IMG/VR virus record: IMGVR_UViG_3300007541_000015
DNA: 64,000 bases
Direction: 5' to 3' (one strand)
From: an uncultured virus (IMG/VR IMGVR_UViG_3300007541_000015)
Taxonomy: Duplodnaviria > Heunggongvirae > Uroviricota > Caudoviricetes
Shown one piece after another: positions 25,800-34,660 of this stretch. The first letter of the stretch is position 1. Each line of letters starts with the position of its first letter. The position numbers and the translations under genes are program-made. The notes under the pieces were generated by a model that saw only the letters and a list, made by a program, of their open reading frames with translations, did not search any database and was not told the DNA's origin.

Positions 25800-28289
25800 A
25801 TGCCTCTTCTTCTTGATAAAGAAGAATCTCCATCTGAGGAGATTATTCGCTTATTTGAGAAGACTCGCGTAGCGTATCTTTCTGCAAGGGAAGACCCTAA
25901 AGAATACGGTGGACGTTGGCGAAAAGCCATCGAAGATTTACGCTCTGCCTATTCTAAGACAAATGCACTAGGAAGTATTCTTGAAGACTATATTAATAAG
26001 AACGAGTTAGAAAATAAAGAGGCAGCAGACCCGACCTCTCAAATTGCTAGCCGTGTATATGAAAGTGTCAAAACTATGAGACTTTCTGCTGATGAGTCTA
26101 ATGACCCCTTTGTTAGAAAATATAAGGATAAGGTTTTAGAAGTATTACTCGGAGAACCTGAAACGATGGCTAAGTTTGTCCATTATGCTTTAAGAGATTC
26201 TAAAAACGCGCTTCCTGAGAAAGTCTGGAAGATTAAAGACATGGAACCGGACGAAATTACCGCAGGCTTCCACGGCCTTGACTTGGAAGCAGACGACATA
26301 GCCCTGTATATCATCGAGCAATACGGTGATGGAAAGGACTCAAAGAAGGTCGAAGCCGCAGTTGATGAAGCATTTGATATGTTAGAGATGTTTTATCTCT
26401 CACAACACAAAGAAGAGGAATGGGAAGATGTTCAAGAAATTGAGAAAGCAGAAACTAAGTCTGAAGAAGAAAAGGCTCAGTCTGATTTCTTGATTCCAAA
26501 TAAACCAATGTATAGAATTTTTGACATTGAAGATTTGAATGAACTCCGTGGCTTTAGTGGAGATTGGATTATTCAAGAAAAATACGATGGTATGAGAATT
26601 CAAATTCATAAGATTGATAACAACATCAAAATTTATTCATATAATGAAAAGGATATTACTTCAAAATGCAAAGAGCAAGTTGAAGAAATGAAGCAAAAGC
26701 AATACGGGGACTGTATTCTTGATGCTGAACTTATTCTTTTTGATGGTGACGAACCTCTCCATAGAGCAGATACAATCGCTCACATATTTAAGGGTAAATA
26801 TCCCGATGCTAAATTGAGAGCGCACGTATTTGATATTATGCGTCATGAATCCCGCGACCTTGTTGAAGAACCATTGGAAGATAGAATGACTATTTTATTC
26901 AATAACTATTCTGCTAACTCTTCTGAAGCAGTAGCATTCCCTTCAAAGAAAGATACTAGAACGGCTGACAATATTAAAGATATTGAAGCCTATGCAAAGG
27001 AAATTATGGAAATGCCAACATCTGAAGGTGTAGTCATTAAGGATGCAACTTCAACATATTACATTGGAACACGTAAGAATCCAAAGTGGATTAAGTGGAA
27101 AAAATTCGTGGACCTTGACCTCATCGTTCTTGATGTGAAGAAGACCAACAGCAATCTATACTCTTACACCCTCGGAGCAGGGCCAACAGAAGGTGAAGGG
27201 AAATACTTCAAGGAAATAGACGGTCGGACCTATATGGACGTAGGGAAGGCTCTTAACACGAAAATTTCTGCTAAGTTAGGTGACATTATCCGCGTGAAAG
27301 TGGACGAAGTGAAGCCCTCCGATGATAGATTTACCGTTTATTCAGCAAAGGTAATTGAAATTCCTGAAGTTGAAGAACCAGACAAGGTTATTACTTTAGA
27401 GATGTTATCGAAAGACACCAAGAAGTCTTTGAATTATGACGTGTCTGCATTTGAAAAAGGAATCAAGGTTACTGATTTCATTCATGGAGAGGCTACACTT
27501 ATCATTAAATCTTCTATGAACGGATTCAATATTTATGGATTTGAAGAAGACAACTTAATGTCTAAAAATGCTATTGCTGATTTAGATATGTGGAAGTCTC
27601 AAGCAGAAGAAATTATGAAAACAAAACAAGGAGTTTTGGCTACTGCAATTATCAACTACCTTCAAGAGAATGGACCAAAGACAATTAAACAATTACATAA
27701 CTTCTTGAAGAAAACGGTATCTGAATATGAAGATATCTTAGAAAGTAAGGAAACTAAATTACTTGATTGGGCGCAGGAAAGAGATGGCATTTCCTATGAC
27801 CGTGAAGAAAAGAAAATCTATGCTGAAGGAGATAAGGTAGTCAAAGCAGACTACAAAACTCCTGAAGAATATTTAGATGGTAAGTTCAAAATTTACTTAA
27901 GAGATGATGATAATCTAGATTTAAGTATTAAATTGGGTGATGAGAATTTGATTTGGTATATTGAATTAGATTCTGAAGATGCGCTATTTGATTTATTTGG
28001 GAAGGCAGGAAAATATCCTGCTATGGTTGCTAAGACAAAGAGCCGAGGTAAGGTAATTGATTACGGCGATATCAAGTTAGGCATTCAAAGAGATGGCTAT
28101 CACGAATATTTCTTAAAAGGAAATAAATTTGAAACTAAGATGCATCTAAGAGTTGTTCCTGTTAAGGGCAAAAAGATGTGGCTTGCATGGACAGGCTTTA
28201 AGCAGACACCGGCTGATAAAGAAGGTGACGAAGGCAAATGGAACATTTACGAGGACAGGTATAATTCCTTAACCATTCCTGAGGCTTGA
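25800..28289 (+). CDS. lig: ATP-dependent DNA ligase with N- and C-terminal extensions
   Basis: Motif I EKYDGMR, III ILDAEL, IIIa VFDI, IV EGVVIK, V WIKWK, OB domain. Confidence 0.92.
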   Translation: MPLLLDKEESPSEEIIRLFEKTRVAYLSAREDPKEYGGRWRKAIEDLRSAYSKTNALGSILEDYINKNELENKEAADPTSQIASRVYESVKTMRLSADESNDPFVRKYKDKVLEVLLGEPETMAKFVHYALRDSKNALPEKVWKIKDMEPDEITAGFHGLDLEADDIALYIIEQYGDGKDSKKVEAAVDEAFDMLEMFYLSQHKEEEWEDVQEIEKAETKSEEEKAQSDFLIPNKPMYRIFDIEDLNELRGFSGDWIIQEKYDGMRIQIHKIDNNIKIYSYNEKDITSKCKEQVEEMKQKQYGDCILDAELILFDGDEPLHRADTIAHIFKGKYPDAKLRAHVFDIMRHESRDLVEEPLEDRMTILFNNYSANSSEAVAFPSKKDTRTADNIKDIEAYAKEIMEMPTSEGVVIKDATSTYYIGTRKNPKWIKWKKFVDLDLIVLDVKKTNSNLYSYTLGAGPTEGEGKYFKEIDGRTYMDVGKALNTKISAKLGDIIRVKVDEVKPSDDRFTVYSAKVIEIPEVEEPDKVITLEMLSKDTKKSLNYDVSAFEKGIKVTDFIHGEATLIIKSSMNGFNIYGFEEDNLMSKNAIADLDMWKSQAEEIMKTKQGVLATAIINYLQENGPKTIKQLHNFLKKTVSEYEDILESKETKLLDWAQERDGISYDREEKKIYAEGDKVVKADYKTPEEYLDGKFKIYLRDDDNLDLSIKLGDENLIWYIELDSEDALFDLFGKAGKYPAMVAKTKSRGKVIDYGDIKLGIQRDGYHEYFLKGNKFETKMHLRVVPVKGKKMWLAWTGFKQTPADKEGDEGKWNIYEDRYNSLTIPEA

Positions 28290-28299
28290 AGCGAGGTCA

Positions 28300-28308
28300 T
28301 TATATACC
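28300..28308 (+). promoter_or_regulatory. TATA-box-like element upstream of protease/MCP operon
   Basis: TTATATACC about 27 nt before ATG 28327. Confidence 0.5.
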
Positions 28309-28326
28309 CTAAGGAGATGGAAGAAC

Positions 28327-29499
28327 ATGAGAGGAATGCAGACCCTCCTTCAGACCAACGGTGATGATGGAGACTTTATGATTCTCAAAGGAAACGACGA
28401 CTTAATGATTGGCGGATATGCGAGCATTGAAATCGTTGATAAGCAGAACGACTTAATTACACTCAAAGCACTTAACGAAGCAGTTAAGAAATTCATGGAA
28501 CAAAAGTCTTTCAGAAACGTAATGACTAACCATTCAAATGTTCAAGTCGGAGAAGTAGTTGATTCTTACCGTGATAAGTCAGGAAGACTATGGAAAACAG
28601 AAGTTGATGATGTTGGCTTTTTTGTTGTGATTAAACTCCGTGATGATATCGAAAAAGCAAAGGAAATCAATAGAGGGATTAGAAAAGGTTCTCTTCGTTC
28701 ATTTAGCATTGGTGGACAAGCACTACAGAAAGTTAAAAAATCAAATTCTGAATTAGGACAATATAACGAAATTTCAAAATTAGAACTACACGAAGTCACT
28801 ATTTGTGAAAAAGGTATTAACCCAGAAGCAAAATTTGACATCCTTAAACAAGAAAAAGAGGGAAAAAACATGACTGATAAGTTAGAGAAAGCACTAGCGG
28901 AATTGGATTCACTTCTTGCCGAAGTGAACACTCTCCGTAAGGAAGAAGAAGAAATGATGGTGGACGAAATGGAAACCCAAGAGTATGAAGAAGAAATGAT
29001 GGCTTACTCCGATGAAGAGCAAAAAGCCGTTGTTTCGACTCTTGATGGAGCCGGTGTTGAAATCGGTGAGCCTGCTGACCGTGTAGTAATTGACGGCGGT
29101 AAGCCCCGTGCTTCCGACCTACCCGTTGTTAAGGCTTTTAGCAACGATGAGTTACAAACTCTTGACCTTTCGGTTGGGAACATTGAGAAGGCTTACGAGG
29201 CTTTCCGTCAAGAGCAGTTAGAAAAACTTGCTTACGACAATCTCCAAAAGTCCTTTGCTGCTCGTTTTGAGCAAGAAGTTGCTTCCCGCGAGAATGTAAT
29301 CGCAAAGCAGAACTATGATGCTGCTGCTGAGATTGCTTCCCTTAAGGACGAATTTACCGAGTTGCGTAAGTCTCTTACATCTGAGCGCGAAGTAATCGCA
29401 AAGGCTCAAAAAGAGGCTGTTGCTAACATTCCCACGATGGACGATATCGCCAAGATGGATTGGTCTGATGTTCACCGTCTTATCGGAGGAAACCTTTGA
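28327..29499 (+). CDS. Prohead protease fused to scaffold-like coiled coil
   Basis: GYAS..VDKQND, NHS (His), SFSIGG (Ser), LHEVT..GINPEA; HK97-type protease. Confidence 0.9.
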   Translation: MRGMQTLLQTNGDDGDFMILKGNDDLMIGGYASIEIVDKQNDLITLKALNEAVKKFMEQKSFRNVMTNHSNVQVGEVVDSYRDKSGRLWKTEVDDVGFFVVIKLRDDIEKAKEINRGIRKGSLRSFSIGGQALQKVKKSNSELGQYNEISKLELHEVTICEKGINPEAKFDILKQEKEGKNMTDKLEKALAELDSLLAEVNTLRKEEEEMMVDEMETQEYEEEMMAYSDEEQKAVVSTLDGAGVEIGEPADRVVIDGGKPRASDLPVVKAFSNDELQTLDLSVGNIEKAYEAFRQEQLEKLAYDNLQKSFAARFEQEVASRENVIAKQNYDAAAEIASLKDEFTELRKSLTSEREVIAKAQKEAVANIPTMDDIAKMDWSDVHRLIGGNL

Positions 29500-29510
29500 G
29501 GTGATTTAAC

Positions 29511-30854
29511 ATGACAGGTTATATTAACACAATTGCAGACTTAGAAGCACAAACATACGGCGTAGGAAACTTTGGAGCAGGTAATTCTCTCTTAAAGCAA
29601 GCAGGTCTTGTTGGCGGTATTCATACCGGCCACGATACCTCTTTAGGTCTTGGTTCCGCCACAACCGGAATTAGCGACGTTACTGCGCTTTACAACGTAG
29701 TTTACGGACAAAAGGTTTGGTCTATGCTTAACCGTGAATGCAACGCTCTTTCGATGATTTCAAAGCGTCCCTATACTTCTTCCGGTTGGCGTGTCCTTAA
29801 GTCCCGTCCTGCCGGTGGTAGCGGAAATCTCTTTGATGTTGCGAGAAGCGGCACATTGAATGATGCGTTATTGGGTGATGATGCTCCCCGCGCTGATGCT
29901 ATCGGTGGTGTTCCTGAAAATGCGGGTCTTTCAACCGCTGCTGATGGACTTGGGCCAATTGCACCAACATACGCTCAACTCTTCACTTCTCCGAAGGTTA
30001 TTGCTCACCAATTCGACTTCTCTGAGTTGGCTATGGAATTGGCTCAAATTGATGACGGTATTGGCGACATTCGCGCTCAAATGCGTGAAGACATGGGTAA
30101 GCACCATTCTGAAGTTCAGAACAAGATGCTGGTTATGCCTCTTGAAAACTACGGTGAAACTGTCGCAATGCCTCACATTGAGCGAAACTACACATCTTTG
30201 ATGAAGGTCGTTACAAGCCGTGCTGAATTATTAGCACTTGATGGTGGTGTTCTTGCTACTGACGCGCTTTCAACTACTAACAACCTTGGTAAGATTTACG
30301 GTAGTGAGCGAGCAACTGCGGCTTCGTTCTTAGATGCTGAAGTGGACTTTGGTGCTGATTACACCGCAGGTAGTGTTCGCGCATTAACCCTTACTTTGCT
30401 TAACAGCATGATTCGCAACCTGCGTCTTTCGGGTGGTTCGCCAAAGGTCATCTTAACCGGATATGATACAATTCAGTCCATTGCTGACCTTCTGCAAAGC
30501 CAAGAGCGTTTCATGGACCGTAAGGAAATTGTTCCGACTGTGAACGGTGTTCGTGGCGTAAAGGGTCAAGAAGTTGGTTTCCGTGTTTCGACATACTACG
30601 ACATTCCTCTGATTCCGGTCAAGGATATGCCTGCTACATCCGGTGCTTCGACCACAATTACGGATATGCTCTTCCTTGATACCGACCACCTTTGGTTGTC
30701 TGTGATGAAACCCACACAATACTTCGAGGACGGTATTTCCAACGGAAACCCCTTCGGTGTCGGAACCCTCGGCAACCGTGCGCTTTACCGCACAATTGGT
30801 GAAATTGGTTGTTCCTTCTTCAAGGGCCAAGGAAAGATTACCAACCTGCAATGA
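29511..30854 (+). CDS. Major capsid protein (HK97 fold)
   Basis: Follows protease; 447 aa; strongly biased codon usage; archaeal-virus MCP-like motifs. Confidence 0.88.
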   Translation: MTGYINTIADLEAQTYGVGNFGAGNSLLKQAGLVGGIHTGHDTSLGLGSATTGISDVTALYNVVYGQKVWSMLNRECNALSMISKRPYTSSGWRVLKSRPAGGSGNLFDVARSGTLNDALLGDDAPRADAIGGVPENAGLSTAADGLGPIAPTYAQLFTSPKVIAHQFDFSELAMELAQIDDGIGDIRAQMREDMGKHHSEVQNKMLVMPLENYGETVAMPHIERNYTSLMKVVTSRAELLALDGGVLATDALSTTNNLGKIYGSERATAASFLDAEVDFGADYTAGSVRALTLTLLNSMIRNLRLSGGSPKVILTGYDTIQSIADLLQSQERFMDRKEIVPTVNGVRGVKGQEVGFRVSTYYDIPLIPVKDMPATSGASTTITDMLFLDTDHLWLSVMKPTQYFEDGISNGNPFGVGTLGNRALYRTIGEIGCSFFKGQGKITNLQ

Positions 30855-30864
30855 GGTGGATTAG

Positions 30865-31143
30865 TTGGCATTTACAGCAACAACTAGTTCCATTACGGTT
30901 TTTGGTAACAAAAGAATCGTAATTGGTTCTTACACCAATACTGCTGGTTCGTCCGGTGGTGATATTGTGACAGGGCTTCTAAGTGTAGATTTTGTCTCAC
31001 TTACCCCCAATGTGGCGGCAGTTTTACCAACTACCTCAGTAGGAGTAGATGAAACTTTACCGCTATCAGGTGGAACTGTGACAGTTGCTACAGGCACGGA
31101 TGAAAACGGCTATTTCATGCTCGTTGGAACCGGAAGCGCATGA
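30865..31143 (+). CDS. Small virion protein (possible capsid decoration)
   Basis: TTG start with GAGGTG RBS; G/T/S-rich beta protein after MCP. Confidence 0.6.
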   Translation: MAFTATTSSITVFGNKRIVIGSYTNTAGSSGGDIVTGLLSVDFVSLTPNVAAVLPTTSVGVDETLPLSGGTVTVATGTDENGYFMLVGTGSA

Positions 31144-31153
31144 AGGTGATAAA

Positions 31154-31510
31154 GTGGTTCAAGTCAAACTATCCGATAAATCGGTGATGGGAAGACTTGA
31201 GATTGTTGGAACAGACGGGCGGAGCGAAATTACACGCGATGATGCCTGTTCTGTTCCTTCAAATTGGGCTTTAATCAGACTTTCTGACCCAAATTTGATG
31301 TTTACTTTTGAGGAAGAAGATAGAGCAATCTTATCTTCTCTTGAAGGAAAAATGTTAGAGTTGGTTGGAAAGCAATTAGGTTTAGAAACTGCTGAAGCAA
31401 TTGAAGCAGAATTGTTACCTACGGTTAAGAAGTCCAAACTCTCTTCGATTACATCAAAGAAGACTGAACCTGCTCCTAAGGAAGAAGCCTCGGAATCTGA
31501 CGATTCTTGA
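31154..31510 (+). CDS. Hypothetical protein
   Basis: AGGTGA RBS before GTG 31154. Confidence 0.65.
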   Translation: MVQVKLSDKSVMGRLEIVGTDGRSEITRDDACSVPSNWALIRLSDPNLMFTFEEEDRAILSSLEGKMLELVGKQLGLETAEAIEAELLPTVKKSKLSSITSKKTEPAPKEEASESDDS

Positions 31511-31560
31511 AGCACTATTCTTAAGTAGTGGGTTCGCGTAGGATAAATAGAGGCGATAGC

Positions 31561-31845
31561 ATGGGTTCCTTAGGCGCGTGTCGTAGTAGCGGTGTTATGA
31601 CTACATCTCAAACAGTAGTTTCAGGTCGTGCAACATTAGTTAGCATTCATGCTGCTGAAGTTGCCGGTGCTGCGGCAATTGTGAAGATTTGGGATAATAC
31701 CGCTGCTTCAGGAAAAGAATTGGCTAGAATTGTTCTTGCTGCTAATCAAACAATTGAGTTTGATATGCACGGTGTTCTTTGCACTAACGGTATTTACTTT
31801 GAAGAAGATACCGGAGCAGTAGCAGTTTCTGTCGAATATGCGTGA
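31561..31845 (+). CDS. Small beta-rich virion protein
   Basis: IWDNTAASG...NGIY pattern common in phage structural proteins. Confidence 0.65.
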   Translation: MGSLGACRSSGVMTTSQTVVSGRATLVSIHAAEVAGAAAIVKIWDNTAASGKELARIVLAANQTIEFDMHGVLCTNGIYFEEDTGAVAVSVEYA

Positions 31846-31854
31846 GGTGTTATC

Positions 31855-32244
31855 TTGGCTGCATTAAATCAAGATACCCGACTCGTCATGACTATTCTTT
31901 TCTGTGGTTGTCTTAGTGGAGCAAATGTCTTCTTTTATGCAAAGTATGGAATTGATTTTCCATATACCCATCTTGCTCATTCAATTCTTTTTGGATTAGT
32001 TACTGTTGGAGCAATTATGATTATGAAGGCAGTTGGGGATTTATTCCTAAACGAGCGCATCGAGTTGTTCTTGCTTGATAGGAAGATTGAAACCTATTGG
32101 GCTAGAATGAGTCGAGATGAAACCCAAAGAAAGAAACTCATTGAGACTTCCAAACAGTTTAAGAATGATTTTAACCGAACACCTCAATTTTCTTCTTATC
32201 AGGAAAATTCAGTTGGTTCTTCATTTTTAGAGGCACTACAATGA
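31855..32244 (+). CDS. Membrane protein (2 predicted TM helices)
   Basis: Two hydrophobic stretches; TTG start with GAGGTG RBS. Confidence 0.75.
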   Translation: MAALNQDTRLVMTILFCGCLSGANVFFYAKYGIDFPYTHLAHSILFGLVTVGAIMIMKAVGDLFLNERIELFLLDRKIETYWARMSRDETQRKKLIETSKQFKNDFNRTPQFSSYQENSVGSSFLEALQ

Positions 32245-32256
32245 AGGTGATGGAGT

Positions 32257-32472
32257 TTGCTCAATGATTTGTTGGGTATGAATGACATTGACTTTATGTA
32301 TAATCAAAGCCGAGCGCATTCAGCCGACTTGATGTTTCTTAAACTAAAGGCTTGGTTTTACGGAATTACATTTTCTGTAGCCACTTTGTTACTAGGAAAC
32401 ATTGGTGGAGTATTCGGTATAAATATTATGGGATGGATTATTGATAAAATTTTTGGAATTTTTGGTCATTAA
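32257..32472 (+). CDS. Small membrane protein
   Basis: Hydrophobic, Gly-rich C-terminal half. Confidence 0.7.
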   Translation: MLNDLLGMNDIDFMYNQSRAHSADLMFLKLKAWFYGITFSVATLLLGNIGGVFGINIMGWIIDKIFGIFGH

Positions 32473-32487
32473 GGGGGTTTTAGATGA

Positions 32488-33150
32488 ATGTCACTACTGA
32501 CAGGTTTTGCTGTAATTGTGACGGAGGCTGTTTATGCCTTTTACAAAAGAGTCCACGCAATCAATTTTGGAGTCTATGGAGCAACAATGGTTGGAAAGAC
32601 AACACTACATCATCAATTGAGAACTCGTGGTGAAGTCCCTCAAATTAATCATAGAACTGTAGGAAGAGGAAAGGCATCAAGAAAATACGTTAAACTAGAT
32701 GGTGAAGGGCATACTGTTAAAACCTCAGATATCGGTGGAGAAGCAATTTATTGGAAAGAATGGATTAACGATATAAGAGAAAGAGATGTTAAATATATTA
32801 TTTTTATGATTGACCACAGGCATTTAGATAATGATTCTAATATGGACCACCAAGTTGCATGGAAGTTTTTAGTTGATGAATTAACCAAACAATTCTGGCC
32901 GGATGGAAAAAAGAAGAAAGAAACAGATTACCCTATTGCAGTTGGTCTTTGGGCAAACAAATATGACATTTGGGGAGAAAAATACCCAACAAAAGATTCA
33001 ATAGAGAAACATAAAATTTTTGAACCGTTTAAATATGGAATGAGAAAACTTAACGAGAGAGGTATTCCTTGTTACAGATATATTATTTCTGCAAAGTCTG
33101 ACCCTGAAATGGTTTATAGAGGCATATTCACAATGATAAAAGATTACTGA
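32488..33150 (+). CDS. Ras-superfamily (Arf/Sar1-like) small GTPase
   Basis: G1 GATMVGKT, G2 RTVG, G3 DIGG, G4 NKYD, G5 SAK; hydrophobic N-terminal helix. Confidence 0.85.
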   Translation: MSLLTGFAVIVTEAVYAFYKRVHAINFGVYGATMVGKTTLHHQLRTRGEVPQINHRTVGRGKASRKYVKLDGEGHTVKTSDIGGEAIYWKEWINDIRERDVKYIIFMIDHRHLDNDSNMDHQVAWKFLVDELTKQFWPDGKKKKETDYPIAVGLWANKYDIWGEKYPTKDSIEKHKIFEPFKYGMRKLNERGIPCYRYIISAKSDPEMVYRGIFTMIKDY

Positions 33151-33160
33151 GGTGTTAAAG

Positions 33161-33394
33161 ATGTGGTTTGATATACTTAAAAACAAAATGACGAGAGAAG
33201 AGTTTGAAAAAAGAGGAAGGCAGATATTAGAAATGCCTTTTGGTAATGAAACAGATAAAAGAGATGCTCAGAGTCTTTTTAATGGAATGTTAAAAGATGG
33301 AGAAAGTAGATTCTTATCATATGCAAATGCTATAAGAACTATGGAAGACTTTAGGGATGGAAAGATTTTAGATTTAGCACCGGCAGATAGGTGA
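33161..33394 (+). CDS. Hypothetical protein, MWFDILK motif
   Basis: GAGGTG RBS; shared motif. Confidence 0.7.
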   Translation: MWFDILKNKMTREEFEKRGRQILEMPFGNETDKRDAQSLFNGMLKDGESRFLSYANAIRTMEDFRDGKILDLAPADR

Positions 33395-33398
33395 TAAA

Positions 33399-34049
33399 AT
33401 GTATCAACAACCACTATTAGTGGGAATGCATTCTGCTCAGGCTTCTTTAGCCTTTCTTCCGAAGTTACCAATGTATCGTTCTCCCGGTCAAATTGAAGAA
33501 TATAAATATGACCAAATAAAACCTAAGAAGCAACTCAAAGAAATCAGAAAGGTTTTACTTCCTGAGAAAAAGAAGTTCTTTATCTTCCGCTTTGGAAAGA
33601 AGTTTAACCTAAAAGACCGTTGTGTTGTTTGTGGTGTTAATCATTCTTGGGATGCAGGAGATTACTTAAGACCGCCTATTCCCCTAGATGAAGTCCATAA
33701 AGGACGCCCTCTTCGTGGAACATACTGCCCTAAACACGCCGCTATCTTCATGCAAATGGAAATGCTAGAACAACAGATTCTTGCTGAAGAACACGGTCTT
33801 GAGTTTAGAGGATTTAAACCAAAGATGCCTTCTATTGTTAATAAAGGCCCACTTAAAACCTTAACACAAGAAGACGTTATTTCACTTACCGCCGCCGGAT
33901 GGTTGATAAAGGCTCCCTCCCCTGTCGAATCTGAGGAAGGGAAGCAGACCGCTATGAGCCTTTTAGCGGAAATGAATGCCTCAATGCAAAAACTTAACTT
34001 TTTGGTAAATAATGGAGTTGAACTCGATGGGACAGAAAGACGTAATTAG
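33399..34049 (+). CDS. Zn-binding hypothetical protein
   Basis: CVVC...YCPKH. Confidence 0.7.
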   Translation: MYQQPLLVGMHSAQASLAFLPKLPMYRSPGQIEEYKYDQIKPKKQLKEIRKVLLPEKKKFFIFRFGKKFNLKDRCVVCGVNHSWDAGDYLRPPIPLDEVHKGRPLRGTYCPKHAAIFMQMEMLEQQILAEEHGLEFRGFKPKMPSIVNKGPLKTLTQEDVISLTAAGWLIKAPSPVESEEGKQTAMSLLAEMNASMQKLNFLVNNGVELDGTERRN

Positions 34050-34659
34050 TGCGATTACAACGCAAAGCGATACGACCTTTAAAACGGTCAATAACTTGCT
34101 TTCACTTCAAGACAATCATGTTGAAGAATTCTTTCAATATCATGGAAAGCAATTCCTTGAAATGCTTGAAAAGATGATGGAAGACGTAACTGAAAGAGTC
34201 GTTAGTCAAATGCTTGCAAAGTTAGCATTTACTGTTGAAGCAAATAAAATCACAATTGACCCTGATGCTATGCGTGATTTTGAGAAAATAACCAAAGAAA
34301 ACATTGACTTGGATATTGAGAGGATTTTACAATCTGCTTTGAATACAGAAGTGATAAACCAGCGCAAACTTGCGAAGCAACAATACCTTGAATCTCAAGG
34401 CTTTAGTGGTGCTTCTCCATCTGCCGGTGCTTTTGGTGGTGCTATGATGGGTGGTGCTGTTGCCGGTGGCTATCAAATGCAGGGAGCCATGCAAAACGGT
34501 TCAGGATATCCCGTCCCACCTTCGGGAACAGACGGATATGGGCGTCCTTATTGGATTGACCCAAATAACGGACAAATGAGTTATGAACCACCACAAAGCG
34601 GGTTACATTTGATGCAAGTTGCTCAGAAAGGAGCGGCTTGGGCAAAATGGCTAATGTGA
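34027..34659 (+). CDS. Hypothetical protein with Gly/Pro-rich C-terminal region
   Basis: Helical N-terminus, low-complexity GAM-rich linker, amphipathic C-terminus. Confidence 0.7.
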   Translation: MGQKDVISAITTQSDTTFKTVNNLLSLQDNHVEEFFQYHGKQFLEMLEKMMEDVTERVVSQMLAKLAFTVEANKITIDPDAMRDFEKITKENIDLDIERILQSALNTEVINQRKLAKQQYLESQGFSGASPSAGAFGGAMMGGAVAGGYQMQGAMQNGSGYPVPPSGTDGYGRPYWIDPNNGQMSYEPPQSGLHLMQVAQKGAAWAKWLM

Positions 34660-34660
34660 G

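Noticed and set aside
28566..31515. Numerous minus-strand ORFs opposite protease/MCP and other late genes
   Set aside because: Antisense shadows caused by codon bias of the real + strand genes
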